Shown piece by piece: positions 52,326 to 64,000 of a DNA stretch of 64,000 nucleotides. The stretch spans positions 5,766,001-5,830,000 of the forward strand of contig JAQFVV010000006.1 of assembly GCA_028023455.1 (NCBI GenBank), written 5' to 3'. This stretch comes from Epiperipatus broadwayi. Lineage: Eukaryota > Animalia > Onychophora. The notes below the pieces were generated by a model. That model had not been told where the DNA came from. It saw only the letters and a program-made list of their open reading frames with translations, and searched no databases. The translations under genes and the position numbers were made by a program. The first letter of the stretch is position 1; the number at the start of each line of letters is the position of its first letter.

Positions 52326-55300
52326 AATTTATTAGAAATTAACTTTAAACAAAAGTAATTTTGGTAACTCAGACACAACTTTATATATATATATGATTTG
52401 TTTATTCTGAAACTGTGTTTTTCATTCTGTTTCTCAAAAGAAATACAGCTTTTATTAATTCTACCACAATTTAAATGTCAAAGTAATTTCTTTAGTTCCA
52501 TAAGCCAAAGGCGAAAGTTTAAGTCAACATTTAACAATTTCATTTTTCTTATTAATATTTTATCACATATACTTTTTTTTCTTAAGTTTATAAAATATTT
52601 CTTTATTAAATAAATGTTTAAATTTATTAAACCCCCTTCAGCTATTTTCGTTTTTGCAAATATCTTTCAAAATAAATTTATTTAATTATTTATAATAGTT
52701 TTCTTTTCAAAGCATTCATTTTTTGATGACGGAAAACAGAAATAAATATAAAATTTGAAATTAAAATCACAGTATATATATAACGAACTAAAGATATCAA
52801 ACACCTGAATTTCCTTGCCTCTGTTGGAAGCTCGATATTCTTTCATTAAATGAATCTCATGCAAGATACAAACTGGTTTCCATCCAATTTTAACAGAATT
52901 AGAAATTGCAACTACCATATATACATAATGTTCAAATCACCCAAATGTTTTTTTTTTTTTTTTCAGAAACGCCCTCTATGAATAAATATAATGTCTGAAA
53001 TTCAAAGAGTTAACTCAAAATGATATTCTTTTGAGTCGGCTGTCCTTTTGAGTTGGCTGTTTGATGTTCAGACTTTTATATTTATTCACAGTGGGCACTT
53101 CTGGAAAAACAATGTTGGGGGGGGGGTGATTTGAATATTTTGTATTTAAATTTTCAGGTAATGAAATGCACTGGAATATTTTGTAATACTTACAAAAAAC
53201 TTTGTTAAATTATATATGTATAAAATTTGTGAATACTTATGCAGGTATGCTTTATGAAGTACGTAATTTTTGTAATAAACAATGCTTCCAGTCTTGAGTT
53301 CAGCTTAACACATTTTCAGTACTCAACACCATAATGATAGCTATTCTTGTTGAGTCTGGAAAGAGTTTTATAACCACTGACATTATTATGCAAAACATTC
53401 TAATTTACATATTCCAGTAATTTGATAGTTGGATAATGTTTTATCTTTTGTTAATCATGTTACTGTTAATCATGTTATATGATATCTCTTTTATTTTTAA
53501 TTTTCCATTCTCTTGCTTTATGCAGATCAGTTTAACACTATGAATTAAAACAGCAGCATGTAGTAATGTCATTAACAAAAGAGCAAGGAGCATCCAGCCA
53601 TCAAACCATTGGAATAAAAAAATTAGGACATTTTGCATAATAATAAAAGGGTTATAGAACTGACTCAATACTCAACAAGAATAGCTCTGATTATGGCACC
53701 CAGCATCAAAAATGCATTGAGATGAATCAAAAACTGTAAGCACTGTTTACATAAATATTATATATATATATATGATAAATATCTATATACATTTGTGAAA
53801 ATTATATATAGATATGTATTGTAATGGATACCTACTAATGTAGCTGGTCAATATCCAATACCAGAGGGTGCCACTAGACTTATAACCTACAATGCATTCT
53901 CAAGAAATATATTAAACTTTTGCAGGTGAGAATATGAAACTGTAAACATCTATTAAATGCAATTAGCCTGACAGCTTCATTTACATCACTCCCAGTCAAG
54001 GCAATTAGCTTTCATTAGCTGCTATTCTAAGTAAAGTGTTTTCTAATTAAGTAATTATAAATGGATAACTCTCATACTTTCATCTATATATATATATATT
54101 AAATGTCTCTACTGTTGCTAGTTTTGGTCTGCTTCTAGTACACATCTTTCAAATTTCAGACTCTTAGCTTGAAATGTAGAAAGGAGTTAAAAATAGTAAC
54201 TAGATACATAATTGCATTACTTTCAGTTTTAAATTCCAAGTCCTCATTGAGAATTTAAATGTCAGAAACTGAAAGTAGATTACCATCTGGTGGCCACCAC
54301 TTTCTCAAGCTTGCTATAGATGGTGCTAGTGTATAGATAGAATAACTGATCTAAAATAGTATAATAAGCTAAAAAAGTTAAAATAATACTGAGTTTGTAA
54401 TGTAGGAAACTTTTTCGAAGGTAATCCCACTTCCCTATTTTGTATAAAAACTAGTGAGAATTAGTGTAAATATCCTCCATATTTTAACATTTTATTTTTA
54501 CAATTAAACCTTTTTTTATATAATATATTAATAATATTAACATTATTTAGTGCAAATATGAGCTTTCAAGCAAAAGGTATTTTAAAATTTAGTGTTTGAT
54601 GTTTTACAAATATGAAAATAAATATCTAAATGGAGTTCTAATTTAAAACAATAGCCTTTTGCTCATTCTTTTTTATCGATTCAAAAAGTTAGTAGAACAA
54701 AATATTAGATATTTAAACTTTGTTATTAAAAGAAGGATATATTTAGGGTTGCTTATAATCAAAGAAAAAAATAATATTCAAAGTAAAGATATTATTTATT
54801 GTTATTAAAATTTTAAAAGATAATTTTTTTAAGGATTTTGATGAAAGTGATTTTATTTTACTCAATAGAAACTGTTTCTGCTTTCTGTACCAAACTTTTT
54901 AAAACTTTTCTTTTTAAAATAAATTGCTTTCAAAGGCAATCTTCTATTAGTGTTATAGTTTTTGCTTTGGAAATAAGTTTTTTATGAAAATTTTGTATCA
55001 TAACCTTTAATGTGTAAACAAACTACTAAAAATTATAATGTTTTTTTTTTAAATCTTTTTCCTCAAGCTAAAAACTCATCCATTCTCATTTCTAGTGTCT
55101 TTTAGGCCATTTGTCTCATGGCACTATCATGCATAGGGTATTATGCAAAAAATCAATATAATGCATACAGCTTCAGATTTTTTTCAACTAATACATTATA
55201 ATTTTAAAAATCTAACTGCATGAAGAAAAAGCTACACCCTATAATGTAAAGTTATATGTAGGCTTAAAACAATGTAGAGAAAATGATAATGATCATAGTC

Positions 55301-58189
55301 CCATCATAATGCCCAAAACTACAAAATCAGGGTGAGATTACCACTATTAACCTTCAATCCTTAAGTAATAATGATTACTCAATATTACACTAGATGTCAC
55401 TAAAGTACAGGAAGTAGAACTGTTTATTTTTAATACTGTAGAAAGTTGAAAGAATTGGATGTTGTGTTGATAAGGTAATAAATAATCACTGACGACTCAA
55501 TATTACAGTAGATGGCAGTAAAGTAAAGGAGAATTCTTGCTTATAATACTGTAGTAAACAGAAAGAATTCACTGATGAAGTGTGGGTGATATAGATGGCT
55601 CTAAAAATAGGAAGAACTGTTCTTGTTTATAATACTATAGTATGATAAAAAAAATCAAATATGCTGAAATACGATATTTGGTTCAATAAGTGTATATTTT
55701 TAGAAAAAGACAACACCCATTTTTAATTAGCTACTCTACTAAGATATGGCAGTGTTTACATACACTATTAAATGGGAATTATAAGACAGTTTTATATGCA
55801 ATACGATATACATTAAATTATTTCAGCCAATTTTTACATGGAATGAATAACATGAATGTCATCACAAGTTGAAGCACTTTATTACATGATAGTAGCATTT
55901 CCATCTGTTAATTTCATCAACTGGGTTCAAATAAAAAGTCAAATTTTTTTTAATGAATTCCAGTCAAATGTAGAATGTTCATTCCAGATAGCCAGAAAAT
56001 ATGCAATTTCATGATCAGTAAATGGGTATCTGCTGAACCTCCGATGTAGTCAGTAATTGGGTAATAACAAGAGAAAACAACAGAAATGGAAATCTTCTCA
56101 AAATATCACCACTTGACATAATTAAAATACTTCATTTTCATAAAATAAACAGGAAGATTTAAGTCAAAAATGGATTTATTTTCTTTATAACTAGAAGAAA
56201 CTTGACTCATCAAATAGAAACTGGAAAATGTGTACATTATTTTAGTGAAATTATCAGAGAGTTTGTTTACCGAAGTTTTTTCCCTTCCTGAAGTCAGTGA
56301 AGCCATCACCTACCTGAATCTTTGAAGCCCAGACTACCTACAAGCTGTAAGAATAGTGTACAGGGGATCCCTCTCAGAAGAACACCAAACATCCATGCAT
56401 GATAATTCTACAAATACTATAACTGAACAGTTGAAACTTACCGGTAAGAAACTTACTTGCATAAATTAAAAGTCATCGCTTTCTTGAACTATAATAATAT
56501 CAAATGCTGGTGAGACGGACTGTGAAAAATCTGAATCTTAAAAGCCATAACTTTTATTTTGATTTTTATATTTTATTTTCTTATTAATGTTAGAAATATT
56601 TATTAATTATGAATTAATAAACCTTTTGAATATAATTTACGTTGTTATCTATTTAAATTTATTATTACTGGGATAAAATGAATTAAATTCAACCATTATT
56701 ATTTTGCCAAATAAATTGCCGATGTTGTATGAGAAAATAAAATCCTCTGGATATAGTAAATGATTTGATAATAATAATTAACAAAGACGGGATGGGCCAG
56801 TGAATTCTTGTATAGAGAATTTTGATGCCTTTCAAATAAATTAAAAGCTGTTAAGTGGGGTTGTGTGACCAGGAAAAATAATTGTTTGATAAAATTACCA
56901 GATATAGTCAAGGAATTATCAAAGTGAACATAATTTGGTCAATGAAAATGAAGCAAATATATATAATAAAAAGATCCTATAATATAGAAAGTATACAAAA
57001 ATAATACTAAGTTAGGTTCCCACTCCCCTTTTTTTATTTGCTATATTTAATTTTAATGAATCATAATTAAATGGGATGTTAATCCTTGAATCACTTCCAC
57101 CAATTTTATTTAATAATGTGGTCAGTAAAATATTTATCCATTAATTATGAGTACTATAAAGAATAATTGAACAGCTTATTGCCTGAGAGTTCATAAGAAG
57201 TTTGAGCCACAGGAGGACCCACTTTGGAATTTTTCCAAGGAATGCTCCTGAATCTGGCACTCCACCACTTCTCTAAACCACATAAGGTAAAATGAATTTA
57301 TTTTGTTAGTCCATATAATGTTTGAGAGTGCAAGAAATGAAATCTATCCAAAGACCTTATGCTCCAGAACATGTGACATTTGAGTATTAGAACTGGAATC
57401 TATCCAAGGACCATATGTTTCAGAATCTGGAACTCCAACATTGCCCTAATCCACATAAGGTAGGATTTATTTTGATAGTTCATAAAGATGTTTGGGTTCC
57501 AGAAATGGAATCTATGTAAGGACATTATGCTTGAGAATCTGGACTCTACCACTGCCCTAAAGCACATAAGGTGATATTTGAGTAATCTATATAAGGACCA
57601 TATGCTCCAGAATTTGGCACTCCACTATTTCCCTAAACAACATAAAGGTAAAATGGATTTATTTTAATAGTTCATAAGATGTTTGAGAGTGCCAGAAATT
57701 AAATCTATCCAAGAACCTTATGCTCCAGAATCTGACACTCCATCACGCTCTAAACCACATAAGGTAGGATTTATTTTGATATCATAAGATATTTGAGAGT
57801 GCCAAAGGACTTTATGCTCCAGAATTTGGCACTCTACCACTGCCCTAAAACACATAAGGTGATGTTGAGTAATCTATCCAAAGACTTTATGCTCCAGAAT
57901 CTGGAATTCCAGCACTGCCCTAATCAACATAAGGTAAAATGGATTTATTTTGATAGTTCATAAGATGTTTGGGTGCCAGAATTGGAATCCATCCAAGACC
58001 TTATGCTCTAGAATCTGGCACTCCACCATTTCCCTAAACAACATAAGGTAAAATGGATTTATTTTGATAGTTCATAAGATGTTTGAGAGTGCCAGAAATG
58101 AAATCTATCCAAAGACCTTATGTTCCAGAATCTGGTACTGCACCACTACCACAATCCACTTAAGGTAAAATGGATTTATTTTGATAATT

Positions 58190-59178
58190 AAAAAAAGGCA
58201 AAAACTCTCTATACGTATTGCCACTCAGTGCACGCCAGAGTAATTAATGGATGCCAGAAGGCTTGTGCATAAATCCCATCTAGTGCCTACTCATCCAATA
58301 CCCTCAGACTAGTTTCTGGCTTGTGGCCTTCATCAGTGAGGAGCCTTGGATCTGAGAGCACTGCACCTAGATCTTAGGATCTAATGGAACCAACCAGCAG
58401 CCACTTTTTATCTCTACTTAATTATAAAACTATGAGACTTAAATTGAAAACATTATAATATTTTCAATCCAAGCTCATCAGCTTATATACTCATATAGGT
58501 CTGAACTCAGTTCTATTTTGCTGTCTGGTTCTTTAATAACCATAGCCACCACTATTATACTATTCCAGAAACTAGTCTGGCGATATTGGATGAGTAGGCA
58601 CTAGATGGGGATTTTATGCACAAGTCTTCAGACATCCATTGATTACTCTGGCTTGCACTAAGTAGCAATACATAAAGAGAGTTTTTCCCATTTTAATAAC
58701 AGTTAAGAGCAAGCATAGGAAATGGTGATCAAGTGATGTTTATTGGCTTAAAATCATTCCTGTCTAATCGGATAGTGGTGGCTATGGTTATTAAAGAACC
58801 AGACAGCAAAATAGAACTGAGTTCAGACCTATATGAGTATATAAGCTGATGAGCTTGGATTGAAAATATTATAATGTTTTCAATTTAAGTCTCATAGTTT
58901 TATAATTAAGTAGAGATAAAAAGTGGCTGCTGGTTGGTTCCATTAGATCCTAAGATCTAGGTGCAGTGCTCTCAGATCCAAGGCTCCTCACTGATGAAGG
59001 CCACAAGTCTGAAACTAGTCTGGGGATATTGAATGAGTAGGCACTAGATGGGGATTTTATGCACAAGCCTTCTGGCATCCATTGATTACTCTGGCTTGCA
59101 TTGAATGGCAATATGATAGAGAGTATTGCCTGTTTTAAAAACAATTAAGAGCAAGCGTAGGAAATCGTGATCATGAGA
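58190..59178 (+). mobile_element. Family A element: inverted segment plus about 1.4 tandem monomers, 13-bp TSD
   Basis: TSD tattttgataatt (58177-58189 / 59179-59191); HHR on - at 58301-58343, half HHR at 58565-58583, HHR on + at 58984-59026. Confidence 0.85.
58984..59026 (+). ncRNA. Fully canonical minimal type-I hammerhead, family A
   Basis: CUCCUCA CUGAUGA AGGC CACAA GUCU GAAA CUAG UC UGGGGA. Confidence 0.85.
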
Positions 59179-60501
59179 TATTTTGATAATTCATAATGGC
59201 AAGAACCCTATGCTCCAGAATCTGGCACTTCACCACTTCCCTAATCTACACATGGTAAAATGGGATTTATTTTGATAGTTCACGTTTGAGGGTGCCAAAA
59301 ATGAAATCTATCCAAGGAACTTATGCTCCAGAATCTGGCACTTCACTACTGCCCTAAACCATATAAGATAATATGTTTGAGTGCCAGAACTGGAATATAT
59401 TCAAGGATCTTATTCACCAAAATCTGGCACTTCACCACTGCCCTAATTCCTATAAATGAAAACGGATTTATTTTGAAAGATCATAAGATGTTTGGGTGCC
59501 AGAACTGGAACCTATCCACAAAACTTTATGCTCCAGAATCTGGAACTCCACCACTTCCCCAAACCACATAAGGTAAAATGGATTTATTTTGATCATTCAT
59601 AAGATCATTGAGAGTGCCAGTGCCATAAATGAACTCTATCCAAGGACCTTATGCTCCAGTATCTGGCACTCCACCACTGCCCTAATCCACATAAAGTAAA
59701 ATGGATTTATTTTTATAGTTTATAAGATGTTTGGGTGCCAGAACTGGAATCTATCCAAGGACCTTCTTCAAAATCTGGCACTCTACCAGTACAGTAAACC
59801 ACACAAGGCTTTATTGCTTCATAATTCAGAAGTTGTTTAAGCATATGAAGTTCACTGGAATCAATTGAAGGATCTTACACTGCAGTCTGACACTCTGTAA
59901 CCACACTATACCATACTCAACAATGATAAAACAATGCCCTGTATAGTTTGGTGATGCAGTAAAGTCGCAGATTCTGGAATGGATGCTCTGAATTATAACC
60001 TAGCTTTGTTGCTTAACAACTTCATATGAACTCATGAGAAATAATATTCAAAATTAATGTTATTCTTTGAATTACCATAAGAAAACATTAGGATTGCTCA
60101 TTTCCAAAGTGAGATTTTAGATTTATAATAAAATTTTAGACAATCGATTGTCCTCATTATTTGAGATAAGGATGAGCAATAGTAAAACTTCAGTAAAAGA
60201 TTTATAAACAAACAAATCACATTCAAGAGAAAAAAATATTTATTTATGTCAGATACAAAATGTCATTTGTCATGCATTAATAATTGGCCAGTAATTAAGT
60301 TATAAACATTAAATTGTTGTATCATCTCAGAGTCTTACTTATCTTTCTCGGCATACAATTCTGCTTCCTTACATCAATCAATCACTTTCACTTTCCTTGT
60401 TCTCTCTATATGTTCTCTATATCTACTCCTATTACAAATCGCTTCAGATATACATTGTAATACAAAATATTAATTATTTTTAATAATAAATAAAACTTTA
60501 C

Positions 60502-60765
60502 CATCACGCCATCGGAAAGCAGCATCTATTGAATAAGGCACACCCCTCCACATCTTCATATCTCTAGGATAGTCAAGTTCGACTTCCCTTGCCTCTTCAT
60601 CAAAGCGCCAGTACATAGTATCATAAAACAGATAGGTTTTTCCATTATGTCCCCACACCATGGCTGCGTCAACCCTTGGTAGTTCTGGAGGAAGTCCAAG
60701 AGCTGTTAATGGTTGAGGATAACCTGGCTCTACCTTGTTGCCATTGAACACGTAGTATGTATCAC
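60502..60765 (-). CDS. Mmp2: Mmp2-like matrix metalloproteinase, hemopexin-repeat exon
   Basis: tgcag|GT...GAT G|gtaaa; DTYYVFNGNKVEPGYPQPLTALGLPPELPRVDAAMVWGHNGKTYLFYDTMYWRFDE...IDAAFRWRDG, typical hemopexin repeats; phase matches the next exon. Confidence 0.92.
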
Positions 60766-60938
60766 CTGCAAAAATGTAATTACAATAATTAATAATATAG
60801 AAATATAATAATAAATAATAACTTCAATAATATAATCACTCCCACACATATGTATTTACGTATCGGTAACGAATTCTGCAAAAAAATTTCCACCTGCATA
60901 AAAATAATTTGACTCATTAAATACTGTAATTAATGTGC

Positions 60939-61038
60939 CTTAGAGCTAGTGAGAGGTCAGTGACAGCTGCTTTACAAGCAGTTGTCCCAGGTTAGCAGGT
61001 TCGCTTCCTGACTGATGCTATGACACATGAGTAAAAAA
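60939..61038 (+). mobile_element. tRNA-Gly-derived SINE (decayed)
   Basis: aggtcagtgacagctgctttacaagcagttgtcccagg...ggttcgcttcctgactgatgctatgacacatg. Confidence 0.7.
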
Positions 61039-61319
61039 GCGAACATTTAAGAACTTTCTACAAACTCATTGTGAAAAATAAATATTTCTGTACTTGCTTA
61101 TTAATTGTGTAAAAGATAACATTAATAATTGTGAATTTTATAAACACTTTCTTTTGAAATATGAATTTTTTTCTACAGTACAGGCTTTTTTTATACCTGC
61201 ACTTCTATATGTAATATGTAGGGATTTGAACTCAGACTTTCACATGACCTTCAACCATCCATGCTATCTCATACCGCTGATACACTTGATCACACACATG
61301 TCAAAAAAATAAATAATCA

Positions 61320-61361
61320 CCAATATATGTATTTCATGCTAAACCAGCACTCATCAGTTGG
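61320..61361 (-). ncRNA. Minimal type-I hammerhead, family H
   Basis: CCAA CUGAUGA GUGCU GGUUU AGCAU GAAA UACAUA UA UUGG. Confidence 0.7.
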
Positions 61362-62464
61362 TCCAGATTATCATCTCAACACATATATACAATCAAAGCT
61401 CAGCTTATATTAAGACAGCCAATCTTCATACTTTAATGGACAAGCTTCAAACTATTCCACCTCACAACTCTTCAGCTGTCCATAAATAGATATATATGGA
61501 AGGGTTTTAACAAAATGGGTTTGATTATAATTCTTGACTATCAAGATATAATTTATACACACCTATTGACTGTAAAGATCATTATATATAATAATTATAT
61601 CTATCACATCTTTGACACTTAAAAAAATAAAACCACAAAAATATACTTTGTAGATATATTTAATATTTTCCATTCTACCACATATAATTGAAATTTATGA
61701 ATAAAGATATCTTAAAATACGATACTATTAACTTGTCATTTAAAGTTTATATCTCGGCTAGTGATAATCTGTAGTTTCATAAATGATCAATAATAATCAT
61801 TAATGTTTGTATTTAAAGTGGATCATGTCAAAATTGTGGGTGGAGTAAGTTTGACACTTGTAAATCAAAGTGTAAACATCTGTTTAGTATAAATGATATC
61901 CTATTCTGATTATTGGGTGATGTTTAGGGCTTGGCATAGTTGATAAAAATTTGCAATACTGACACGTGGGCCTTTTATGTCTATAGTTTACAATTTGGAA
62001 TTTGATTAATTCTGAATTGTATAAGATTGTAACAATTTTGTTTCACAATGAACTAATAGATGTTAAAAGGCTGTATGTAGTCCTTTACAATGTGGATGTT
62101 ATAGCTACTTTTAGAGGTTTTTAATAATAAAATATTGCATTTGTACTGGGCAAAGAATAGAAGACTTAATATTGTTTTTATAATAAGATAGTGCTTTGGA
62201 GTAAATAAATGATGAATAAATTAATAATAATATTTTTTGACCATCATCATTTCCAATTACTACCAATTAAGATGAAGTCCAATAGTTTTCTTTCCATTAC
62301 ATTATTCCAGTATTTTTTTTATTTCACTCAATTATTTTTTATTCTAAACATGATTTCTTAAAAAACAAATAGCAATTACACACAAACTCATATATATATA
62401 CCCACTCTTTCTAGCTTCAATATCTCAGTTAAGAACAATCAATCGTAATAAATGTTATTTTTAT

Positions 62465-63480
62465 CACAATTATGCCACCTAGTGTCAACTTTATTTATTA
62501 ATAGATATGAGACACTAGTGATTAATAAATCCCAATCCAGTGCTGTTCTATCCTCAGACTAGTTTCTAGCATATGGCTTTCATTAAAGATGAGGTTGAAT
62601 ATTGGATAAAAAAGTACTAAGGATTTATTTACATCTGGCATTATAAATTACTAAATCTTACACTAAGTGGCATAATTGTGGTGAGAAAAAGGAAATCGTT
62701 GATGAGCAGTATGGTGTAAGCATTAAATGAGATAGTACGGTAGCTTATTGGTTTCATATAGATCAAATACCTAAAATGGTCAAACATACAGCATTTTTCA
62801 CCTTAAATTCAGAGATAAAAGTTAAGTTTGTGCATAAACTCCCTATCTAGTGCCTACTCATCAGTGAGGAGCTTTGGATCTGGGACTTGGGTTGAAGACA
62901 TTAGTGTTTTCATCTTGAGCTGATAGTTTTATAGTTAACTAAATAGTTAAAAGGTGGCTGATTGAGGGTTGCCTTGGATTCAGCTGCACCACTCTCAGAT
63001 CCGAAGCTTTTCACTGATGAAAGCCACAAGCAAGAAACTAGTCTGGAGATATTGGATGAGTAGGTACTAGATAGGGATTTATCCACCCATTGATTACTAA
63101 AGTTTGCATTGGATTGTACTACTATATAGTTTGCTACTGTTAATACTTCTATTCCTTTAGGTGAATGGCAACCCAGACAAATGATCACATTGTTCATCTG
63201 CAATCCACACAAACATACTGAGATCACATGATCACCATTTCATATGCTTACACATGCTGTTAATACAGTAGTGTCACCAAGTATTGCATTGGATCCTATG
63301 ATCTAGGTGCAGTGCTCTCAAATCTAAGGCTCCTCACTGATGAAGGCCACAAGGCAGAAACTAGTCTGGGGATATTGGATGAGTAGCCACTAGATAGGGA
63401 TTTTATGCACAAACCTTCCTGCATTCATTATTTGTGAAGGTTTGCACTTGGTAGCACTACTATATGGAGAAGTTGATACT
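62465..63480. mobile_element. Family A cluster with two direct-orientation HHRs (63007-63049 and 63330-63372)
   Basis: Homology to the 443-nt monomer; both CUGAUGA/GAAA cores intact. Confidence 0.75.
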
Positions 63481-64000
63481 GAGAAGATATTAAGGGATTT
63501 GTTTTACTTAATTTTTTTACAAAGATGAATCAAAGGATTCCAAATTACTTTTTCTGCCCCCACCAAAAAAATATAACGTCTTTAAGAATAAATGTGCTGA
63601 GTTTTTTTTTAAAAATAAAAATTAAAAAACATTATTTTTTGAAACTTTGCTGTAGTATTTCTCTTTTTACTTTTTCGTTAGTTAATTATATGTTGAAAAA
63701 TATTACATAGATTTTCCAAATGGATTTTACCAATAGATGATTTAATATTTGGACAAATAAAGTGCTAACATAAATTATTCAAAAATGAATTTAAAAATAT
63801 TTTGTTTGAAATTATTTTTAAAACTGAATTTTTTTTTTAATTAAGAGGATTTATTATTTAATTTTCTATTGCTATTATATGTATAAAAAAGATTACATGA
63901 TAAATATTTTTTCTTCTGAAACATAATCATCATCAGCAACACTCATGCGCAAAGATACAAAATCAGAAATAGCAATATATTATGGATGAGTTTACTGAAG

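Larger units (their letters stand above)
57211..59810. repeat. Minisatellite, unit of about 118 bp built from two modules of about 60 bp; about 16 core copies; interrupted at 58190-59178
   Basis: Recurring ttatgctccagaatctggcactccaccact and ggatttattttgatagttcataagatgtttgagagtgccag. Confidence 0.9.

Noticed and set aside
55860-56460. Higher-complexity block that might be a coding remnant
   Set aside because: Interrupted frames and no motif I recognise; needs a translated search
58846-58895. Second HHR inside the family A monomer (ctgatgagcttggattgaaa)
   Set aside because: The sequence is one arm of a long simple hairpin; hammerhead stems cannot form
57211-59810. CRISPR-like array
   Set aside because: Eukaryotic context; intervening sequences are themselves repeats, not unique spacers; no cas genes

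Overview
Very AT-rich, CpG-poor animal genomic DNA, probably arthropod (inference from gene types and the tRNA-Ser PBS). It holds the 3' halves of two convergent genes. An SVOP-like MFS transporter lies on + (4 coding exons, 1338-26736) and a GPI-type Mmp2-like metalloproteinase lies on - (last two hemopexin exons, 60765-42845). The rest is repeat-rich: a 5'-truncated RTE LINE, other LINE remnants, a tRNA-Gly-derived SINE, a TRIM-like LTR element, an LTR element with Gag fused to a coiled coil and no pol, and a minisatellite. The main signal is about 30 minimal type-I hammerhead ribozyme (HHR) motifs in about 8 families of short, mostly palindromic, non-coding retroelements (Penelope-dependent or retrozyme-like by inference). 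These include compensatory C3-G8 to A3-U8 and U3-A8 core variants, an A10.1/A11.1 variant, Pol III (tRNA-like)-headed palindromes, a 443-nt HHR-to-HHR monomer and a 3' tail motif shared between families. Everything was read by eye; no folding or database search was run, and family letters are my own labels.
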